Source: Candidatus Omnitrophota bacterium (lineage in GTDB: Bacteria; Omnitrophota; Gorgyraeia; Zapsychrales; JANLHA01). Taken from it: a stretch of DNA of 32,000 bases. The position numbers and the translations under genes were made by a program. The notes below the pieces were generated by a model. The model made no database searches, was not told the DNA's origin, and was given only the letters and a program-made list of their open reading frames with translations. The stretch lies in the NCBI GenBank assembly GCA_963662715.1, contig OY759724.1:2040001-2072000 (forward strand), given 5' to 3'. Below, in pieces: positions 26,606 to 32,000 of the stretch (its first letter is position 1; each line of letters begins with the position of its first letter).

Positions 26606-27889
26606 ATGAAAAAAAGAATCGCCAACCTTGTCGCCGGTAACAGCTGTTTGTTTGGGGCGGCATCGGCTTTGAAATTTGTTAATTTCAGAAAATTTAATAA
26701 ACTGCATTGTTTCCGCTCAGCACGGAAAAATGAAGTGAAAGCGACCTGTTTGCCCTGCCGGGGGGTTTTGAATTTAACAGATATGTGCAATTACCGCTGC
26801 GCCTTTTGTGAAATTCATTATTTTCATGATAAGTTTCCGGAGCTGCACAAAAATTTTATCGATATAGAAGTGGTCAAAAAGTATGAAGATTGGATTAAAA
26901 ACCTGGACAGCCTGGCTTTCTACGGTTCTGTGGGCGAACCCATGATGAACAAGCAATTCGCACACATCGCCCGGTACTTAAAGACCAGATATCCGTCCCT
27001 GCAATTAAGCGTGACGACAAACGGATATTTTCTGAATCAGGAGACGGCGGATATCCTGATCGATTGCGGTTTTGACCATGTCCTGGTTTCTCTGCACGCG
27101 GCGAAAGGGGAGACGTATAAAAGACTTTTAGGCGGAAATTTGGACAGGATCCTGAAAAATATCCTCTATTATACAAAGCATAAGAAGCCGCAACAGGAAG
27201 TGGCCGTGAATTTTATGCTGAACCGGATTAACGCGCAGGATATTTATTCAGTTGTCGACCTGATCCTGGACCTGCAGTGTGATTACCTTGTTGTTAATAA
27301 TTATTATGACGTCCGCAATAAATTGGAGCGGGAAATTTCTTATTATTTCAGCCCGGAGGAGGGGAATCATATCCTGGACAACCTCTACTCCTATGCCCGT
27401 AAACAGGGGCTCCGTCTGATGCCCCTTGCCCCGCCGTATTATTATGAGCTGAAGGACTATAGCGATCTTGATTATGATGACTTGACCGTTTCGCAAGGTG
27501 TCTGCCCGGAGCCCTGGCGTTCGGTTCAGTTTAAAGGAACCTTGGAACACGCGGATTCGCATTATATTTCTGTCTGCAACCGCATTGAATTGATGCGTTT
27601 GAACTATAAAGAGTTTTTTGCGGACGGGACAAAAACTTTTTCCGATATCTGGAACCATCCTATCCTGCAGTTTTTGAGAGAGACAGTGAATTCAGAAAAC
27701 ATGAACCTGATATGCCGGTTATGTAAATCCCAGGAATACAAAGTCATCCGGTGTCTGGATAATGACCGTTATCGCATCCTGCGGGACCATGCGGTGAATG
27801 AATTTTACCGGAATTTCAAAAAGCATTGCGCCGGGGCCTATCAGCCTGTCAAGGGGCTGTATCTGCTGGATGAAATTCCTTTTAGTTAA
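26606..27889 (+). CDS. Radical SAM enzyme with SPASM/twitch-like C-terminal Cys motifs (paralogue of 21454-22533)
   Basis: LNLTDMCNYRCAFCEI (CxxxCxxC), GSVGEPMMNKQF, TTNG. C-terminal CPEPWRSVQF...SVCNR...DIWNHP...ICRLC parallels CFRPWRSAFV...PCCR...EIWNNP...LCEGC of the other enzyme. Confidence 0.75.
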   Translation: MKKRIANLVAGNSCLFGAASALKFVNFRKFNKLHCFRSARKNEVKATCLPCRGVLNLTDMCNYRCAFCEIHYFHDKFPELHKNFIDIEVVKKYEDWIKNLDSLAFYGSVGEPMMNKQFAHIARYLKTRYPSLQLSVTTNGYFLNQETADILIDCGFDHVLVSLHAAKGETYKRLLGGNLDRILKNILYYTKHKKPQQEVAVNFMLNRINAQDIYSVVDLILDLQCDYLVVNNYYDVRNKLEREISYYFSPEEGNHILDNLYSYARKQGLRLMPLAPPYYYELKDYSDLDYDDLTVSQGVCPEPWRSVQFKGTLEHADSHYISVCNRIELMRLNYKEFFADGTKTFSDIWNHPILQFLRETVNSENMNLICRLCKSQEYKVIRCLDNDRYRILRDHAVNEFYRNFKKHCAGAYQPVKGLYLLDEIPFS

Positions 27890-27929
27890 ATTTTTTGGGT
27901 AAGGATTTTTGATTGTTGAGAAAGGACAG

Positions 27930-29426
27930 ATGTTAGAACGCACAAAAGATCAAGTGAAAATTTTGTTGATGTACCCCCCGACCGGATCGATCGGGACCTA
28001 CAATACGCCGACAGGATTGCTTTATATCGCAACGGTCCTTCAGCATCATGGATATTTCGTCCGGCTTGTCGACTGTTCGGTCGAGCCGCGCTATCAGGAT
28101 ATTTTAGACCGGGAAATACCGGACACGGATTTGCTCGGCATTTACGCGATGAGCGTGCATATCCGTTATCTTCTCCCGGAGCTCAGGCGACTGAAGGCCT
28201 TGAATCCACGGCTCAAAATTATCTGGGGCGGCCCGCATGCGATCCTTTTCCCCGAACAGACGGCCAGCAGCCCTTTGGCGGATATCGTGACCCGGGGAGA
28301 GGGGGAAGACTTGATGCTGGAAATTGTCCGGGAATATGAAGCCGGCACCCTGGATTACCGCAAGATCAAAGGAATTTATTTTAAGGATAACGGGCAGATC
28401 ACTTCAACCCCTCCGCGGCCTTTTGTCGACGTCAATCAACTTCCGTTTCTGGACTGGTCTTTTTTAAAGAAAGACGTCCTTGATACGGTGCGTAAAGGAA
28501 TTATCCGGGTGCAGGCCAGCCGGGGTTGCCCTTACCGATGCGCCTTCTGTATTAATGTGCTTACGAATAACAGAAAGATGCGGTATCGGGATCCGGAAAA
28601 GGTCGTTGATGAAATCGAATACTTAACCCGGGAATATCATATCCACCGGGTCGGCTTCCGGGATGAGGTCTTTATGTCCAACCGTAAACAGGTGAAGGAT
28701 ATTGCCCAGGGGATTCTTGACCGGGATATCCATATTACCTGGCTGGCTAATCCCCGGGTCGAGTATCTCAGGGAATCCTATATCGACGATGCTTATTTAA
28801 AACTGCTGGCCGATTCCGGCTGCAACAAGCTGCAGTGCGGAGGAGAATCCGGGTCCCAGCGGATTCTGGATATGCTGCATAAAGGGATTAAAGTGGATGA
28901 TATCCTTAATTTTGTCCGGAGAACCAAAAAATATAATATTTATCCGCTGGTCGCTTTTATGACCGGGATTCCCACCGAGACAAAAGCGGAGCAGATGCAG
29001 ACGCTGAGGCTTATCAGGGATATTTTACGTATACAGCCGGTAGCTTTTATCAACGGCCCGGCGAATTACCGCCCTTATCCCGGAGGGGAACTGTATGATA
29101 TGTGCGTGAAGGAGTATCATTTGAAGATGCCGGATTCCCTGGAAGGCTGGGAGAAAGCGGAAATTCTGGGGGGGAGTGCGCCTCCGTGGGTCGAAGACGT
29201 CTGTTTCAACCAGTTTTTGTGGACCAGCACGAAGGCGGCGACCTATTCTTTCTCCTATTTGTGGAAACAGATCCGCCGGAATCCTTTGAAAGGGTTGGCG
29301 ATTTCCTTTTTAAGCATAATTTCGAGGATGCGTTTACGCTGGCTTTTTTACCGTTTCCCTTTTGAATTTTATCTGTTGAATTTTTATTATCAAAGAATCC
29401 TTAAAAAAGTCCCGGAATACAGTTAA
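27930..29426 (+). CDS. B12-binding-domain radical SAM enzyme (class B)
   Basis: VKILLMYPP...PTGLLYIATVLQHHGYFVRLVDCS...IIWGGPHAILF...VTRGEGEDLM. ASRGCPYRCAFCIN (CxxxCxxC). GGESGSQRIL. Start at ATG 27930; the track's TTG at 27909 is possible. Confidence 0.85.
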   Translation: MLERTKDQVKILLMYPPTGSIGTYNTPTGLLYIATVLQHHGYFVRLVDCSVEPRYQDILDREIPDTDLLGIYAMSVHIRYLLPELRRLKALNPRLKIIWGGPHAILFPEQTASSPLADIVTRGEGEDLMLEIVREYEAGTLDYRKIKGIYFKDNGQITSTPPRPFVDVNQLPFLDWSFLKKDVLDTVRKGIIRVQASRGCPYRCAFCINVLTNNRKMRYRDPEKVVDEIEYLTREYHIHRVGFRDEVFMSNRKQVKDIAQGILDRDIHITWLANPRVEYLRESYIDDAYLKLLADSGCNKLQCGGESGSQRILDMLHKGIKVDDILNFVRRTKKYNIYPLVAFMTGIPTETKAEQMQTLRLIRDILRIQPVAFINGPANYRPYPGGELYDMCVKEYHLKMPDSLEGWEKAEILGGSAPPWVEDVCFNQFLWTSTKAATYSFSYLWKQIRRNPLKGLAISFLSIISRMRLRWLFYRFPFEFYLLNFYYQRILKKVPEYS

Positions 29427-29431
29427 GGACA

Positions 29432-30400
29432 ATGATTATGCTGAACGGCTTGCGGCTCGCTTTGGGTAACGAAATCAAAGAAGGCCCCTGGGGAGGAGGC
29501 AATCAGTTCCTGTCTTCTTTTAAAACGCATTTAGAGAGTAAGGGAGCCAAGGTTTTCTTCCGTTTAGAAGATGATCTGGATGTGATTATTTTGTTTAATC
29601 CCCGCAGAGAGAGCGGGACGTTCCACCATAAGGATGTTAAACGGTATAAAAAACGTTTTCCTAAAGCGAGAGTGATTCACCGGATCAACGAAACCGATAA
29701 GGCTAAAAACACCCGGTTTATCGACCGTTTACGCCTTGAGGCCAATAAAGTGGCCGATGCCGTTATTTTTATCAGCGAATGGGTCAGAGACTATTATATC
29801 AGCAAAGGTTTTGACCAGAGGATCCCTTCCTTCGTCATCCGCAACGGACCTGATGAAAATATTTTCAACTCGCGGGGATACACCCCGTGGCAGCCCAACG
29901 GGTCCCTGAGAGTTGTTACGCATCATTGGTCGGATAATCCCATGAAAGGTATTGATATTTATCAATATTTTGATAGACTTCTGAATGATCCCTGGATGAA
30001 GAGGTTATTCAACTTTACGTATATTGGCCGTTACCCTAAAGGGGTTCAATTGCAGCAGACACAGTGCGTCCCCCCTTTATTCGGTGCGGATCTGGCGCGT
30101 GAACTGAAAAAGCATCATGTTTATTTGACGGCGGCCCGATGGGAATCCTGCGGTATGCATCAGCTGGAAGGCGCCTGTTGCGGCCTGCCGGTTCTTTATA
30201 TTGATGAAGGCGGGGGCGTCGTTGAGACCTGCCGGGATGCCGGGATTAAATTTACCGTTGAGACCTTCCCGGTCAGCCTTTTCAAAATGAGGGAAGAATA
30301 TCCTTCCTTGCAGCCGAAGTTAAACGCGTTCCCTTTTAATGCCCGCTTGATGTGTCAGGAATATGAGAATGTTATCGAGAAAATTCTTATGAGCTCCTAG
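29432..30400 (+). CDS. GT-B fold glycosyltransferase, GT4-like
   Basis: C-terminal ESCGMHQLEGACCGLPVLYIDEGG fits the E-x7-E / G-x-P-V region of GT4 retaining transferases. ATG 29438 is an alternative start with better RBS spacing. Confidence 0.65.
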   Translation: MIMLNGLRLALGNEIKEGPWGGGNQFLSSFKTHLESKGAKVFFRLEDDLDVIILFNPRRESGTFHHKDVKRYKKRFPKARVIHRINETDKAKNTRFIDRLRLEANKVADAVIFISEWVRDYYISKGFDQRIPSFVIRNGPDENIFNSRGYTPWQPNGSLRVVTHHWSDNPMKGIDIYQYFDRLLNDPWMKRLFNFTYIGRYPKGVQLQQTQCVPPLFGADLARELKKHHVYLTAARWESCGMHQLEGACCGLPVLYIDEGGGVVETCRDAGIKFTVETFPVSLFKMREEYPSLQPKLNAFPFNARLMCQEYENVIEKILMSS

Positions 30401-30411
30401 CGAAAGGAGAT
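30359..30411 (+). repeat. Direct repeat copy A: last 14 codons of the GT4 gene + stop + GAAAGGAGAT ribosome-binding site
   Basis: Manual alignment with 31238-31290 gives 39/53 identical and 21 of the last 23 identical (ATGAGCTCCTA-NN-GAAAGGAGAT). Confidence 0.7.
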
Positions 30412-30464
30412 TCAGTTGAAGAAAATAAAAGAAGGTTAATTGTTACCTGAAAGGAGATCGGCCT

Positions 30465-31184
30465 GTGAGTGCTAAAGCCTATAATACGGGAGATAATATT
30501 AATGTCGGTAATGCGCAATGGAATTTTTCGGCTGCCGCAAAGAATTTTGATGAACATGTCAAAAAGTCGGTTCCGTTTTATGAAGCCGGGCACGATTATA
30601 TTGCCCAGCTGGCCAGTTTCTTTTTGCGGGATCAGGCCGTTGTTTATGAAATCGGCTGTTCGACAGGGGAACTGGCTCATCGAGTCCTGCGGCACAATTC
30701 AGAGAAAAAAGTCAAATATGTCGCTATTGACAATGTGGCGCCTATGGTCACACAGGCGAAGAAACGGCTCAAAGACGATAAAAGGGCCCGGGTTGTTCTG
30801 GGAGACGCTCTGACCCATTCTTATAAACCCTGTTGCCTTTATCTTTCTTATTATACGATTCAGTTTATTAAGCCCTGCGTGAGACAGGAACTTATCAATA
30901 AAATTTACAATGCCTTGGAATGGGGCGGGGCTGCCATTATTTATGAAAAAGTCAGGGGCACGGATGCCCGTTTCCAGGATATCCTGACCCAGCTTTACAC
31001 GGACTACAAGTTGGCCCAGGGATTTACGGAAGCAGAAATTATTCATAAGACACGGAGTTTGAAAGGAGTTCTGGAACCGTTTAGCACGGCCGGGAACATG
31101 GATTTATTTAAAAGGGCCGGTTTTGTGGATATTATGATGATTCAGAAATATCTCTGTTTTGAAGGGTATTTGTGTATTAAATGA
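30465..31184 (+). CDS. CmoA-family protein (carboxy-S-adenosyl-L-methionine synthase-like class I methyltransferase fold)
   Basis: Collinear with E. coli CmoA as I recall it. W-x-F...F.EHVKKSVPFYE (cf. [22 protein letters not shown]). VYEIGCSTGE (cf. VYDLGCSLGA). YVAIDNVAPMV (cf. IIAVDNSPAMI). YTIQFIKPCVRQELINKIYNALEWGGAAII (cf. [30 protein letters not shown]). AQGFTEAEIIHKTRSL...KRAGF (cf. ANGYSELEISQKRSML...HKAGF). GTG start 8 nt after GAAAGGAG. Confidence 0.65.
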   Translation: MSAKAYNTGDNINVGNAQWNFSAAAKNFDEHVKKSVPFYEAGHDYIAQLASFFLRDQAVVYEIGCSTGELAHRVLRHNSEKKVKYVAIDNVAPMVTQAKKRLKDDKRARVVLGDALTHSYKPCCLYLSYYTIQFIKPCVRQELINKIYNALEWGGAAIIYEKVRGTDARFQDILTQLYTDYKLAQGFTEAEIIHKTRSLKGVLEPFSTAGNMDLFKRAGFVDIMMIQKYLCFEGYLCIK

Positions 31185-31279
31185 TGGAAAGAGGAAAGGG
31201 GGTAGGGGTATTTTTCCCCTCCGATGAATTGGCCTGGGATAATGAAAATGTATTTAAAATCATTTTCATGAGCTCCTAA
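31181..31279 (+). pseudogene. 32-codon ORF (MMERGKGVGVFFPSDELAWDNENVFKIIFMSS*), probably the surviving 3' end of a decayed GT4 paralogue; alternatively a translationally coupled micro-ORF
   Basis: ATGA overlap with the CmoA-like stop. The C-terminal ~14 residues and the following RBS are homologous to the end of the 29432-30400 GT4 gene. Below the size cut-off of the ORF track. Confidence 0.35.
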
Positions 31280-31290
31280 AGAAAGGAGAT
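31238..31290 (+). repeat. Direct repeat copy B: remnant gene end + GAAAGGAGAT RBS preceding the 31294 gene
   Basis: See copy A. Encodes ...DNENVFKIIFMSS* versus ...EYENVIEKILMSS* at the GT4 C-terminus. Confidence 0.7.
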
Positions 31291-31293
31291 CTG

Positions 31294-31983
31294 ATGCAAA
31301 CTTTTACAGAAAAACAAACTCGGCAGGAATACTGGGATATTCAAATCCAGTATTCAAGATTGAAATTCGCTTTCTGTAAAGTGAGCATCCCGTGTGTCAA
31401 GCATTGGAAAAGAATTATCACTCGCTGCCAAAAAGGATCGGCTATCAAGGGGCCGATCCTGTGCCTGGCGACCCGTAACGGCAGGGAAATCGATGTTTTT
31501 CGTAATGTTTTTTTCGGGCACCCTATGAGGGTCGCTTTCATGGGGCTTTTGGAACAACATAAAAACGCTTTTTCTTCCCGCTGGCGTTTTCTGGAAACGA
31601 TTAATAAAAGTAACATTAATAATATTAAAGAAGGCAGTGTTGTCGGAGTCGAGATAAATCCAGATGGGAGAAGACAGGATGTGTTAATCGCGAGCTTTGA
31701 CGAACTTCCGGCAGAATGGGGGGGGAAGTTTCAGGTCGTGTACTCAAATTCTTTGGATCATGCCCAGGACCCTTATCGGGCGTCTCAAGAATGGTTCCGT
31801 GTTCTTCAGCCCGGCGGCTATTTGATCCTCGGTTCTCCGGGGGAAAATATTAATCCTTCCAAGGTTGATATCGTCGGGAATATTGGGCTTGCCGATATTC
31901 AGGAATTATTCCCCGGGGAACTGCTTTATCATAATAAGTACGGGAATGCTTTCCAGGACACCATTATTAGAAAGCGGAAATAA
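31294..31983 (+). CDS. Methyltransferase-fold protein with a degenerate SAM-binding loop (function unknown)
   Basis: FQVVYSNSLDHAQDPYRASQEWFRVLQPGGYLILGSP resembles the Methyltransf_11 motif IV / post-motif region, and VVGVEINPD is motif-II-like. The motif I position reads ILCLATRNGREI instead of a Gly-rich loop. Contains a G8 tract at 31718-31725. Confidence 0.45.
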   Translation: MQTFTEKQTRQEYWDIQIQYSRLKFAFCKVSIPCVKHWKRIITRCQKGSAIKGPILCLATRNGREIDVFRNVFFGHPMRVAFMGLLEQHKNAFSSRWRFLETINKSNINNIKEGSVVGVEINPDGRRQDVLIASFDELPAEWGGKFQVVYSNSLDHAQDPYRASQEWFRVLQPGGYLILGSPGENINPSKVDIVGNIGLADIQELFPGELLYHNKYGNAFQDTIIRKRK

Positions 31984-32000
31984 CTGAGGCAGAAAATGTC

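Noticed and set aside
30416-30439. Seven-codon TTG-initiated mini-ORF (MKKIKEG*) 6 nt downstream of the first GAAAGGAGAT copy, considered as a leader peptide
   Set aside because: It is too short and unsupported. It is more simply explained as spacer sequence left between a duplicated RBS and the functional RBS at 30449-30458.
197-31616. All minus-strand ORFs in the track (e.g. 391-768, 6754-7170, 7167-7616, 10555-11073, 13244-13879, 14133-14675, 14688-15182, 16593-17114, 27248-27658) and the short alternative-frame plus-strand ORFs
   Set aside because: Each lies entirely inside a longer plus-strand gene with clear family motifs. Their translations are low-complexity or Arg/Pro/Ser-rich with no recognisable motifs, which is typical of antisense or off-frame shadow ORFs.
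1-32000. CRISPR arrays, tRNA/rRNA genes, transposases/integrases, toxin-antitoxin or phage-defence gene signatures
   Set aside because: None was seen. The window is saturated with plus-strand biosynthetic CDSs. The only repeats found are the ~53-nt junction repeat and short homopolymer tracts. The MazF-like impression given by the N-terminal extension of the rfbH-like gene is too weak to call.

Overview
The whole 32-kb window is one same-strand (+) gene array. It holds about 31 tightly packed genes, many with ATGA/TAATG-type start-stop overlaps. I saw no RNA genes, CRISPR arrays, integrases or transposases, and no convincing internal terminators. All minus-strand ORFs in the track look like shadows of plus-strand genes. 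The content is an accessory glycan biosynthesis and decoration island with these parts: (i) a pseudaminic-acid-type nonulosonic acid pathway (pseC, cytidylyltransferase, pseG, pseI) in which the usual pseH slot is occupied by a NeuD/PglD-type acyltransferase, ThDP-dependent 2-oxoacid dehydrogenase E1 alpha and beta, and a stand-alone lipoyl + E3-binding mini-E2 with no catalytic domain; (ii) a Maf/DUF115-like putative nonulosonate transferase, a second cytidylyltransferase and a second NeuB-like synthase that lacks the SAF domain; (iii) a split CDP-3,6-dideoxyhexose (ascarylose-like) pathway (rfbF, rfbG, RmlC-like epimerase, RfbS/J-like reductase and, 7.5 kb away, an Fe-S E1 dehydrase rfbH/ddhC with an N-terminal extension) with no E3 reductase in view; (iv) five radical SAM enzymes, three B12-binding class B (one cut by the window edge) and two SPASM/twitch-like, with the two-gene unit 'SPASM-like rSAM then B12-rSAM' present twice; (v) at least five methyltransferase-fold proteins, including a CmoA (carboxy-SAM synthase)-like gene bracketed by imperfect direct repeats; (vi) GT2, GT2-like and GT4 glycosyltransferases and a PglK/MsbA-type ABC exporter. 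All family assignments rest on motif recognition by eye and on recalled reference sequences. No database search was run.
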